This document shows, piece by piece, positions 1 to 14,297 of a stretch of DNA of 45,398 nt; the stretch's first letter is position 1, and every line of letters begins with the position of its first letter. The translations under genes were made by a program, and so were the position numbers. Under the pieces are notes generated by a model, which was not told where the DNA came from, made no database searches, and saw only the letters and a program-made list of their open reading frames with translations. The DNA lies in contig CAJNYD010000407.1 in assembly GCA_905331295.1 (NCBI GenBank), positions 372,001 through 417,398 of the forward strand, read 5' to 3'. The stretch comes from Rotaria socialis. Its lineage: Eukaryota.

Positions 1-935
1 GAGAATGGCGGTCTCATTATTTACTCAATATATTTTTTGCTTTTCATTGATTTGAGCTAACCCTTTTCCCAAAAGATTAAACATTCAATTCTCTACAAAC
101 TCATGTGTAAAAGATTTTTTTAAATCAAAAAACTGCGAACTACTAAAACGAAGAAAAAAGGTCCAAAAATCTTCAACTTTCAAGCACAGAATCCGTTTTT
201 TTTTTGAAAATTTGCTTTCCATGTGAGGATCTACAAAAAACTGAGTCTACCATGTTAAAGAGTATCAGATTCTGGACAAGATTCATGCCTTCAAAATTTG
301 TGTTCATCACAAAATGAGTAAAATATTCTGCATCAATTTTTTCGTTTTTCCTAAAAAACCCAACTGTTATTGCATGTTTTTGATGCTTTGCACAAAAACA
401 CTTGCCATTCACTAAAAACGCGTTACTTTTTGACGATTTTTTTTCTTTGAAAGCCAACATACTCGACTCTACCCCTGTACACTTGTTCGAATGATGTAAA
501 GTTTCGTTTGCAGTAGACTTTCTTGAAAACCGAAATTAAGGTGTTATGGACTAGTTTTCGGAAAATATCGATTTAATAGGCGAAGACCACTTTTAAAGAA
601 ATGTTTTTCAAAGATATCGAAAAGAGCGTACTTGAAAATACCAGAAAATGTTTCTTCCGTAATTTAAACCTGCGTGCAAACTGTCGAAACATACTCCAAA
701 TGGTAATGTATTTAGAGCTTGAAAGTTGAAGATTTTTGAACCTTTTTTCTTCGTTTTAGTACTTAGCCAGTTTTTAGTTTAAAAAATCTTTTACACACGA
801 GTTTGTAGAGAATTGAAATCTTAATCTTTTGGGAAACGGCTCAGTTCAAATCAATGAAGAGCAAAAAGAGATATTGACTAAATAATGACACTGCCATTCT
901 TTATGGGCCACACGTCACTTTTATGAAATCAGCTG
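1..935. mobile_element. Non-autonomous DNA transposon (MITE/foldback type) with long terminal inverted repeats; left end runs off the window
   Basis: 2-185 is the reverse complement of 717-900 with scattered mismatches (e.g. CAATTCTCTACAAACTC / GAGTTTGTAGAGAATTG; AAAAATCTTCAACTTTCAAGC / GCTTGAAAGTTGAAGATTTTT). The right side continues to ...GAAATCAGCTG followed by TA (936-937), a Tc1/mariner-like TA-CAG terminus. No transposase ORF recognised. Confidence 0.8.
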
Positions 936-2952
936 TATATTTTAGGATGGGCGAATCAAAATTTTGGGTGGGTCCCGCTCACCCTGCCCATACAGTAGAT
1001 AAATCACTGTATTAAGGTACATAACATTGGTAGACAATGTAGGAGAAGGAGTTTGTCTTTACTATTATTATTGTCTAGAAACATGAATGAAAACATTCCC
1101 ACTTTGAATCTGAGAACTCTCGTGTAAATTTTTCATTATATCACTCAGAGTTTTTTTGAACATGGACTTTAACTTATTCCTTCTAGTATTATTATGATGT
1201 ATCGATAGTTCAATTTATTTCATCATACATTATTATTGATTAAACATAGTAGCCACTATTGGGCCGGCTAGTTTCCGATTTATATACAGTAGTAATAGTT
1301 TGCGTAAATCAATAGAAAACATATTTGTATCAACATTTTACAAACGCATACATCTAGTTGCATATGAAAATTTATTTGATGATGTTCGAGAATTTCTATC
1401 GATACAGTGGTTCGTTTCATTTAAATGCCATTTATTTCTCTTTTACAGTACATATCCATCTCGTATTTTCAAATATAGGAGATAGTAAGCTATTCGGAGT
1501 TCATCATATTGAGTTAAATCAATTAGTTTCCTTTAATACTATGAATCATTATAATTTTAACATCGCGCTTTGACTATTTTTTTCGTGTTTTCCTGTAATA
1601 CGTACTTTCAAGTTAGATTCGATTTAGTTCGATGCTTTAAATCCAACTTCTGCAATTATGACATGATCGTAGGTCTATGAGTGTCACAGTTAACAATTCA
1701 ATATTATAGCAATATGGAACTATTTAGTAAATCATTCAAAGTCATTGTTAAATCTCTTCATCATATTCCATTTGTTTGACTTACATGAATCTTATTTTAA
1801 ATACATTTTTTAATAATCTATTAGCCCTTACATATATATAGAGAGAAAGACATAGTATTGAAGTAATAACAATCATAGCAGCTGTTTAACAGTACTTCTA
1901 ATCATATATAATTCACTCTCTTGAGTGGTTGGTGATAAGAAAATAACGATATGTTTATCTTTGCTCTTACTACTATTCATATAGAAAAAAATAGTAAAAT
2001 GTATACCCCTTTCTGTATAATCACCAAAATGAAAACTATTGTTATATTAAAATAGCCGATAAAACAATTAACTTCTGCAATACATAAAGAATATTTGAAA
2101 AAAACGCGTACAAAAAATAAACTTATATGAAGATCGATACACATGTTAGTAACCCAATGATCACTGAATAGTTTTGAACAGTAAAGACCTTTAATTAGAT
2201 TATCTTTTTGCAGTCAAACTTTTCTAAACTAACTTGTGTTTGCTTCTTCTAGCTATTGTTGATTGCCTACTAAATCATATAATTTAGATAAACATCTTTT
2301 CTTTAAACATACTGCTTTGAAGATAAATGCAACAAAATAGGATCAAATACTTGTACACCATACAAAACTTGTCTTATGACAGAAGTATCTGGGATGTGCA
2401 TAAGCTTATCATGATGTCTTCCTATCACATGAGACAACAATACTCATAAACGCAATATATAAAAGGAAAAAGAGAATTTTTCTTCATCAGGAAGATATTA
2501 AGTCTGTAATTTGACAGGAGTTTATCATTGAGTGCCTATCAAATCCTAAAATTTATTTTCTTGAATTAAAAAATTCCATACTCTCGGAGCTATCTTACAT
2601 TCAATTCGTTTCTTGTCTATATTTTCTAGTAATATATCACCGAATTGTAGGTTATCGTCACCAATGATAGAAACGTTGGTCACATGGTCATTAAATCTAA
2701 CCAAACGCTGACTATAGCAATGTGAAACTAGTGTATACATTTGAATGCGTCAAGAATTTTTGCAAAGTTTTCTCTTGGCAGCCAACAAGCTTTAGGTATT
2801 TTAAACGGTTAACAAAACCAAATACAAATCTATTGGTAATTGAAATTTATAAGTGAACCATTCGAAATGATATATAGCGCACGCCGCACATATTTCATTT
2901 TATTAGAATGTAATACTAATTGCAAACCAACATGAAGCAACCATTCATTTTA

Positions 2953-2978
2953 ACAAACAAAACAAAACAAAACAAAAA
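2953..2978. repeat. Short (AAAAC)n microsatellite
   Basis: aacaaacaaaacaaaacaaaacaaaa read directly. Confidence 0.7.
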
Positions 2979-3552
2979 ATGAAAATGAATCTTTACTAAA
3001 TATGATTCTGTATATTAATGCGCTCTAAGCCATAAGCAGCAATTTTTCTTCTTTGTCATCTTTAGTTAAAATCTTATCAATCGGTTGCATTTTTTTTAAG
3101 AAAAATCTTATGAACAAAATTAAACTTCGGATAATTCTATTTTGTTTGTGATATTTCATTTTTTTCCGTTTTAATCATTATAATCATCACAAACAGTTTT
3201 GTTTTCAAGTAAAAACAACAACGAAATAACAATAGTAAGGAACACGAAAGAGACATAGAAACAAAACATACAAATGGAAAGAAAAAAAAAGTAGATCTTC
3301 TCACCAACAACAAAACTATAAATATGCATACACATACTCACTTATTTCTATCATCTAGAATAAATCTAAATGCCTTTTTTTTCTTTCTCATTTCATGGTT
3401 CTCAAAAGCAAAGAAAATCTATGCTACTCCTGTTGTAATACTACAACAAGGCAACACACATGAAGTATAAATAGGCGATCAGTTTAAGAAGAACAAAACC
3501 AGAACGAATATGACAGTCCAAAAATCGAAGATGTAAGAAAGAAATTTAATTT

Positions 3553-5470
<1,918 letters not shown>

Positions 5471-7091
5471 TTCTATGATATTGCTCGTCGACTTCTGGTG
5501 ATTTTATGAATATGAGAATGAATTGATGATAGTGATAGGAAACTGCTATAAATCGTCACTGATCGTTGTTTCTAACCCACGTACACAAGCGCACCAATAT
5601 ACTTCATCCAATATATACCATGTTTAGGACAACGCAACGTTGCAATCTAAACGGGAAAGTGTAATGGCAGCAGTCAACGTCACAATGCATGGATGTGCTA
5701 TTGATGAAATATAATGCGTTCGACAAATAGATGTCGCACATTTATATAGAAAAAGTATACCACTAATATACGCAGCATTCTTATCGTTGTTCTTGTATAG
5801 CTACATCGTTAAGAAATCTTGACTAGTTAATATAGAAAAAAGAACGCCGATGATTTAACAAAGAATCTGATAATCTGTTATTCAACTTCAACAATAAAAA
5901 GGATATTCCTATGTTAAAACATTCCATTCAATCAAAAAATGTATGGTGAAGATCTCTCCAGTAAAGAAAGTACTTACATCAAACAAAAAATTCTAACATA
6001 GAAACAATTAATAACTGATTTTAATAGAATCCTTCTGAAAAAAAATCTGTTTTGACCAGTTATAAAATTTTCCATTCCAACGAAATTAGAAAAAAATATA
6101 TAGCTAAGAAAATATGATGTTAAATATCAAATAAGAACATACGAATTAATTTTTTTAATGTAAAAGATAAAATAAGAGAAACAACATTATATGAAATTTC
6201 AGTCATTTTATATATTACGAAAAACAAAACAAGAATTATTTCTTTTATTGAACATTAAATACTTCTAGAGATCTCAATTTTTATTATTTTCTAATCTATT
6301 CTAGCTAATGAGTATCAATTGCATAACTCGTTTTTTTAAATATTCACGTTTGTTAGGTAGTGATCAATTGTTGTTTTCCTCATCTACAAATACTCCATTC
6401 AATGGATATCTATTTATTTTTATACTTATAATTTTTATGGTATTTTTCAATATCATAAATATGAAATCTCTATTGTACATAGCACTAAATCTCATGAAAT
6501 AAAAACTTCCTAATAGTATACAATTTATACATTTATATTTTTTGTTTCACGAAAAAAAATCATTCACAAACCAATATTCATCGTGGTATTTTTTATTATT
6601 TAATTCAAAGGGGATTTCCCTGTATACACATACATTTGTAATTTAGAATTGTAAGATAAATCAGCTAATTTCACTTTGTAAGACACTATTATAAAGATCT
6701 TTTTGAATCCGAAAAAAAAAGAAACAATGTTTTATTTGAGACCACATCTACAGAAATTCTATGTTAGCATATGAGATCATTCTGTTTTCACCTCAAGGTC
6801 TACGTTTCTTTTCTGCTAATTTGATTACGTACTTCTCCCATCAGTACACAAAATGATCATCTAAATTGAAACTCATTGCATAATCTTTTACGCGACAATA
6901 TTGGCATCTAATTTGGCTTATTCTCACCTTGATATACAATATTCGAATGGAAAGAAACATCATCACGGATCAACTTGATTAGTGTGTTCAATAAATTGCT
7001 TACCGAACAACAATCGCCTTCCCGGAGAGCAAGAAAAAAAATTCTTAATAATTTTTCCCTTATGTATTTTATCGAAAGAAAAAAAACGACG

Positions 7092-7099
7092 TATAAATA
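7092..7099 (+). promoter_or_regulatory. TATA box of the homeobox gene
   Basis: TATAAATA about 90 bp upstream of ATG 7185; AT-rich background lowers specificity. Confidence 0.5.
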
Positions 7100-7184
7100 G
7101 GCTCGATTAAAACAATTTTCCATTACAGAAGCAGTTAGATCGTTTGTCTATCTTCAAGACAATTCTAAATTGTTACTGTTAACC

Positions 7185-8054
7185 ATGAATGTTTCACCTT
7201 TACAATTGGATACCAATTGTTTCAATAATACATCTCATTATCATCCCTCTTATTATGGTAACAATATGTCTTCAACTTGGTCGTCATCATCATCTCTACT
7301 TTGTCCATCGGCAACCATGACTTATCAAACATCATCTTTACCATCTGCTCTCCAACCTATCGAAAATTATTGTTCAATTGACACCTATTATCCATCAAGT
7401 TCAGAACCAATAGCATCATCATCCGAAATGTCTGTTTATTCTTCGTCATCACAATTTTCATCGGCACCTATTCTTCCTCCACCTCATCTCTATTCATCAA
7501 ATGATTTTATCGTTCAATCGTCATCTTCATCAACAATGATGTTACCACAAAATCGCGCCAATTATACACGCCACCAACTTGTTATGCTGAATGAAATTTT
7601 TAAAAAACATAAATATCCAAATAGTTTACAGAAAACACTTATCGCGAAATATATTGGTGTATCACGTGATCAAATACGTATATGGTTTCAAAATAAACGT
7701 CGAAAAGTACAATTAATCAATAAAGGCCAAGCAAAGCAAACAAAAAATGATGTCGAATGTGAGTATGGAGAATATCGACGGCACTTACCAAAAAATTTTC
7801 TTGGTGATCTTTTTCAAGAATTATATAAAGCTCGTGGAGCACCTGCACGTCTACCAGTTAAACGTGATAATAATTCTAAAATCGACAATACTGAACATGA
7901 ACAACAAAATCTTTATTATTATCCAACAACAATGAATTCAAATTATTATTACGAGCCAAATCATTTAATTGAGCAAGATGATTCATCACACGAAGAAAAT
8001 CACGGTCAATACTTACCGAATTATGCTCATCATGTCTACTCAGATCGTTTATAG
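7185..8054 (+). CDS. Intronless divergent homeodomain transcription factor (Q50) with Ser-rich N-terminus
   Basis: Long ORF with NRANYTRHQLVMLNEIFKKHKYPNSLQKTLIAKYIGVSRDQIRIWFQNKRRK (R5, F20, YP, WFQN.R). First ATG at 7185; AATAAA near 8115. Confidence 0.9.
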   Translation: MNVSPLQLDTNCFNNTSHYHPSYYGNNMSSTWSSSSSLLCPSATMTYQTSSLPSALQPIENYCSIDTYYPSSSEPIASSSEMSVYSSSSQFSSAPILPPPHLYSSNDFIVQSSSSSTMMLPQNRANYTRHQLVMLNEIFKKHKYPNSLQKTLIAKYIGVSRDQIRIWFQNKRRKVQLINKGQAKQTKNDVECEYGEYRRHLPKNFLGDLFQELYKARGAPARLPVKRDNNSKIDNTEHEQQNLYYYPTTMNSNYYYEPNHLIEQDDSSHEENHGQYLPNYAHHVYSDRL

Positions 8055-9349
8055 AGTACTTCTATTTGTTTTTTTTTGTCGACTTGGTCTTTTGTTTTCT
8101 ATTCTATTCTATAAATAAATAATTGAAAAACTTTCTTGTCTTGTTCTCCATATATGAATTTATTATTTTGTCATATTTTTTTAATCTAACACCTTCAAAT
8201 TTGTCATCACTAGAAGAACTTTTCATTCCGAATATGTATGTCATTTAGAAGAAGTAAAAATTGCCTAATCGAACATTAATTATTGAACTCTATCGAGTTA
8301 AATATCGCCCTATTATCATTGTTTTTACTCATTGTCATTTTGTATTAAATACTTTTGCATCATTCCGATTATTCTGTTCAACTACAAAATGCACTTTCAT
8401 ATCCTGTCGACACTAGTTTTTATCGTCTACTCTTGAGCTCATATTATAAAAGCATCGTCGTGTTTTTTTTTTTTTCGTAAATAGGATAGAACGTTTACCA
8501 TAAGTGTAGGAAGACACAGTACCGATTCAATATAAAAAGGTTGTGTAAATATGTTTTGTGATGCATTAGATTTTAACATACAAAATCCGGAATCTCTACT
8601 TGTTCTCTGATTTTCCCCTCAAAAGTTATCGGTAACGTAATCGATGCAGTTTTTAGTCGAGTTCCAGACAGACTACATTGTTTTTCACATTTTCGAATAG
8701 TTATATCTAAATGGAAGAGATTGTTATAAGAAACGCACGCAATTCTCATTTTTATTAAAAATTCTATGTAGTTTTTAGATACATAAATATTACCATTATT
8801 GATTTGTTTGAGAAAGCACGTTCGTTTAGACTATCTATGAAATATCGATATAAAATGCACATGATAGAGGATTTGATTGATCATTTACATTACTATATGG
8901 ATTTTAGTGCAATATTCTATGTCATAGAAAAGAACAGAGTATTCTTATATTTTGCATTGGAACTTAAAATTACAAAAGCGTATCTACAATTAGCATACCA
9001 ACAAAATGTCTTTATTTGATAGAAAAAATTTTCAAAATGAAAAAAATCCTGATAGTCATAATCCATGGAATAGCTCTCGATCGATATCAACAAAAATATC
9101 TCGATATTTATTATGAAATTTTCATATTTAATGTAAACATTTTAATCACAATCAACTTATTTCTTTATCATTTTTTTTTTCATAAACTGATATTTATGTA
9201 TATATCACTCTATCAAAATATTCAATACAATAAACATTTTTTTAATCTCCTCTTGACAAAACAACAAAAAATTAGTAGATACAAGAAATAGAATAAGATA
9301 TCTATATAACATATATGTGTTTGTATATTTATATTTCAATTATATAACA

Positions 9350-12300
9350 TCATGTTGAAGTTGAAACAGATGGAGATGACGCCAGAATAGTTTTTAAACG
9401 AATAATACATTTTGCTAGGTCTGTTTTTTTAATTAAATTATATAATTGAAGTGTAGCCAAATGTAAATAAAAGTTTTTGATAAGACTTTTTTCTCGTAAA
9501 TCTTTTGCATATCTTTCAACGAAAAGTTCACAAGCAAATGGCATTTGACTATCAGCAATGAAACTTGTAAAAAAGAGAAAGACAACGATAATTCCATTTA
9601 GATCTAAATACTTATTTAAATATATTTACTTATGTTTCATAACATGATGATTCCACATAATCATCATTTCTTTTTCACCTTCATTCACATCTTGAAAATC
9701 TTCCATCATACGACGTGATAATTGTTGTGTCCATTCAGGATAAATTTCATCATCGCTATCATTTTGCATATGTTCTGGTTCAATGGGTTGCGCACCTGTT
9801 GTATGACGATAAACTCGAGTTAATGCTGCCCGTCGGCAAACAAATGGTGCATCGTCCATAGCCAAACGACGATAGCGTGGTGGCCTAGCAAAGATAATGA
9901 ATCATAAAATTGTACGCCTATTAAAAAGAAATGCATTTTTCGCTTTTTACCGCCAAAGAATTAATTCACTAGTAATACGTTTTTTACGTGGATAATATTC
10001 AGAAAACATATCAAATGTATCAAGTGACCCATCATAGAATGCATTAATACGTATTTCAATATTAGGTCGATCACTGTTTTTCTAAAAGTAGAAATGAAAT
10101 CAAGGTGTAATCTCTATGAGTAATGAGGTTCGAAAATATGTCAATAAGTGTCATCGGTAAATGAGAGTTTTTTTTTATCTGTGGGACGTAGTCTTTTCCC
10201 ACCATACCATTGATTTCTGGTTAGAGAAAAGATCTTAGACTGATTTTGATGAAAACTATTGTCCACATGTGTATAAATTATAAATTTATAATTTCGTACT
10301 GAGGTTTCAGTTCAATATCTAGTTTTCTCGGTTACAATCAAAGATTTTTTTAATTTGATTCAATCATGCTGAAATTTTACCTTTAATGAAGCAGCGAAAC
10401 GTGGATGACAATAAGATAAATGTTTAATTAATACTTCTACATCATTATTGATAGCTGTAAATTGACAAAAACAGCAATGACCTTTCGATGACATATAACT
10501 AGTGGCTAAACATTGCTTATTTTCCGCTACAAAACTATAGAATAGTGGTAAATGTGTTGATGAACTATGATCATTATTGGATTGATTATCACGCCATAAT
10601 GATAGATTAGTACTATTATTTGAATTTTTATCTAACAATAGAAAATTTAATCATGAAATTTTGATCATCAATATGATTATATACTAGGCTTTTGTGTTGT
10701 TTTCATTCGTTTAGCATTAGGATCTTGATATTGCTGCTCTTGATGATGAGATGCTGGAATTTTACTTGGTGATATTGGTTGTCTTTTTCTTGTTGATGTT
10801 CCACTTCTTAACATTTCAACAGCTTCTCTAGTAAGATCGAAAAATATTGGAAATGTTGTTGGAAATTGAGACAATATTGTTTTTGACTAAAATGAATTTT
10901 TTTCTCAATAGATGAATAAATCAAAGCGAGTCGAATAATTTTTACTATTTCTTGTCCATTATTTAAAACGGGTGTCAGTTGAATTTCAAATGATTGTTTT
11001 GTTGACATAGGTTGTCGAGGATCAAATAGTGAATTTAGTTGAACACGCTTTCCATATGATATTGAAACTTTATTTCCATCACCTGAGCAAACAAGAATCA
11101 AAACAAAATTATTCAATCTTTAGTCAAAAAACAAGACTAGAAATCTTATACCACGACTAGCTGTAATTGTACTTGAAAATGTTAATGTATATGTATATTT
11201 CGTTGAAACATGAAATGAAATTGTTGATGATTCATCGTCATCGTCATCTTTCATTGACGATGACATACCACGAGGTGATGCTGAATCAATTCGACCCAGT
11301 TTCATTGTTCGAGATACATTTGATGTATTAAGTGAATTATTTTCTACACACGAAGCAGATAAATCAAATGAAATATTATGTTTAGTTCCACGTCGATCTG
11401 TTAAACAGCCTGTTGAAAAATAAAACTGTTAAGAAAATGAAATAAAGAGAGAAAAAATAAATAAGTTACTTGGATCATATGACCAGCCACGTAAATGTAA
11501 ATTAAAAGCATCGCCACGTAATAATGACGATGCAGTTTTATTCAGACTTTCGCCTAATCGTGATTTAAATATTTCTTCTATGGACAGATGTTGATTTGAA
11601 ACACTAGAAAAATTTACAAATTTTTATTTTATTTTTTATTTAAATAGACAAATTTTACCGATTAGAATGAATGGGCGTTCGAGCAATATGAACATATTTT
11701 AAGTTTCGATGTAGAAAACTTGGCTGAACAAAAAGAAGACATGAGTTTAATGATTAGTGTATCCTTTTCGTAAGATAAATTTTAAAAAATAGTTAATTTT
11801 TTCGAAAATGTCCTTTCCAAGATGTTTTTCTGAGTTTTAAGACATTAAAAGAAAAGTCTAAACTAGAGAAGTTGACGCATCGTTCAATGTCTCAATCGTC
11901 GAATAGAATAGCATAGAATGAAATTGAGACTGAGAAAGACAGTTTTGTTATCCATTAAAATATTTCCGTTACTTTTATTGTAATTCAGTTAGATGTAACT
12001 TCTGATACTATGTCCAATGTTCATATAAAGATTACTTCCAATCTCTTCATGAAAAAACACATATATCGCCTAACTACAGATATTATGTGTTTATTGATCA
12101 GTTCCAATAGGTGAAACTGATGTCAGTCAATAGTTTGCATGGAGAAAAGCTGTAAAATAAACTCTATGAACATCATTAGGAGAGATATGTTAAATGATTC
12201 TAATACAAGAAATGAACAACTTTATTCGTCGATACACTCCTGACACTCGATTATTTAGTCACATTTTATTAACAATTGTTACAAACTATATATATATATA

Positions 12301-12621
12301 TATTGGATTTTTTCACTTGGAAAAACTACAGGAAAGGCGCAATATTCTGATTCTCAAGAAAAAAAGCTTTTCTACATAATATATAAAGTCAATTATTTCA
12401 TTTATAAATATCAGTTCAATATTTATTTCTAGGTTTGACAGAAGACTTTATTTTGAAAATTTTCTAAACTTACATTGGTTTGCCAACGAAGAGCTAATGT
12501 TTTATATATCTGAATATGTTCTAAAATTCATTAAAAAACATTGTCTTGATGAGAAACAAATACTAAGTATATGCATCTTACTAGCAAATGTTTCGATATT
12601 ATCATTCCAATTTTTAGACAT
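9350..12621 (-). CDS. SUZ12: Polycomb PRC2 subunit SUZ12 homologue, multi-exon
   Basis: Spliced N-terminus MSKNWNDNIETFAKHIQIYKTLALRWQTNPSFLHRNLKYV resembles the SUZ12 QIYRFLRTR..PIFLHRTLTYM block; zinc finger CCFC...LIKHLSYCHPRF; IEIRINAFYDGS; VEFS box DSDDEIYPEW...MMEDFQDVNEGEKEMMIMWNHHVMKH.FIADSQMPFACELFV. Introns checked are GT-AG and in frame. Confidence 0.92.
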
Positions 12622-12687
12622 ATTTATCTAAAACATAAAAAAAATCGATCGATACATAATGTTTTCTATCAAAAAAAAACTAAGGAA

Positions 12688-14014
12688 TTAAATTGATTTT
12701 TTTATTCGACCAGAGCTAGCTCGAAATAAATTGGTATCACTCAATTTTTCTTGTTCCATTGCATCAAGAATATCTTGATCAAGTGTTATGTGACCTAGAA
12801 TAAAAATATAATATGCAAAAAATGAAAGATGCTAAACCAAACACAAAAAAGAATACTTACCAAATGTACCTTTATTGAATTCATTAATGAAATGTAACGC
12901 TGCACCTGTCAAATCATAGCCTCGTTTATTTCCATATACTTGTGTACATTTTTTTAGCTTTGCTATTGCAGTTAGAACAGTTAATATGTCATCAGTTGGT
13001 CTATCAAGTTCACAATATTTCATGTATAAACGTTGTTGTTCATATTTATTTAATAGAAATAAGCCATAGTCAGCAATTATATCAGATAGTTCACGTTGTT
13101 GAATTGGTATACAATTAGTTAAAAGTAATCGAAAACTTTCATTAGCTGATTTTAAACGTGGCTCAAGTATGCCAGGCGTGTCACGTACAAATACTTTTGG
13201 TCGATTTGATATTTTAACTTTTTCACTCATGCTTCGTGTGACACCAGGACTTGCGCCAACACGTTCACAACTGGCTTTATTTGCAAATAAATTACGAAGT
13301 TTATTAACTAGAAAGAATCATGAATTTTGTTTTCTGATATCGAAATTTCAAAAAACAAAAACGAAGATGAACATACTAAACGTTGATTTGCCAACATTAG
13401 GTATTCCACACACAACAATATTATATTCAATTGATGAACGTCTTGTATAACGTGGTGATTCAACTATTTGTTGAAGAAGACGACCGAATAGATTTGTTAA
13501 TTCTTTCATATCAATTGACATTAAACTTGTATGAACAACTTGTGTATTTGGTTGTTCAATTTGAATGTATTCCATTGATTTATTTACATAATGTGGATCG
13601 GCTAAGTCTGACTTATTAAGTATAAGTAAGTGTGGCTTATGGCCACCAACCAATCGCTTATATAGCTCTGAATTACGACCAGAATGTGGAACACGCGCAT
13701 CATGAACTTCAATAATACCATCAGTACGTAATAGTGATTCTTCGAGATCTTTCATACCTTTGTGCATATGACCGGGAAACCATCTAAATAAATGTATTTT
13801 TCAAAAGCATGGAATGACTTTCGCCTTCGAAATAAAAGAAAAGTACGCTCGACCCTTCGCGATGATTTTATGACAATATAATATTTTTCGAAAATTATCA
13901 AAACAAATTCTCAGTTCTAAAAACTAATTACTAAACAGGAACAAACCGAATCATGTCTTTCCATCGTAGAGATTGAAAATCGAATTGATTTCGAAATATT
14001 GCCAGCGGTTTCAT
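12688..14014 (-). CDS. MTG1: Mitochondrial ribosome-associated GTPase 1 (RbgA/YlqF family, circularly permuted); 4 exons
   Basis: Exon 1 MKPLAIFRNQFDFQSLRWKDMIR joins WFPGHM; IEVHDARVP, G4 NKSD before G1 GIPNVGKST, G3 DTPGI; terminal exon GHITLDQD...KKSI-TAA (stop 12690-12688). Confidence 0.93.
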
Positions 14015-14297
14015 GTTCAATTCGATATAACACAGAAGACCTATTCTTCTTGTCTTCGACACCAACAAATACCTTATTCTAATTGATGAACGGAGTCGAC
14101 CAATGGCAAAAATTTTTTAAATAAATTCATCGAATGTGGCGCTCAAGATTTCTTTCGATTCGTCAAACCAATGAACAATATTCACAATACAACACAATGT
14201 GAAATCAAATTCACAGAAAAACGGAAAACTCATTAAGGAATTACCTAAACGAAAAGAACCTTTTTTAATTTTCATTCTATTTTCATATGAATTGATT

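Noticed and set aside
173..460. 95-aa ORF inside the inverted-repeat element as a transposase
   Set aside because: No recognisable DDE or HTH motif; too short.
1300..2800. Short ORFs and possible decayed coding sequence
   Set aside because: Frames I translated contain frequent stops and no recognisable motif; cannot support a pseudogene call.
10808..11116. Apparent frameshift between overlapping SUZ12 ORFs
   Set aside because: Resolved by a 59-nt GT-AG intron (10945-10887) giving ...QEI|SKTILSQFP.
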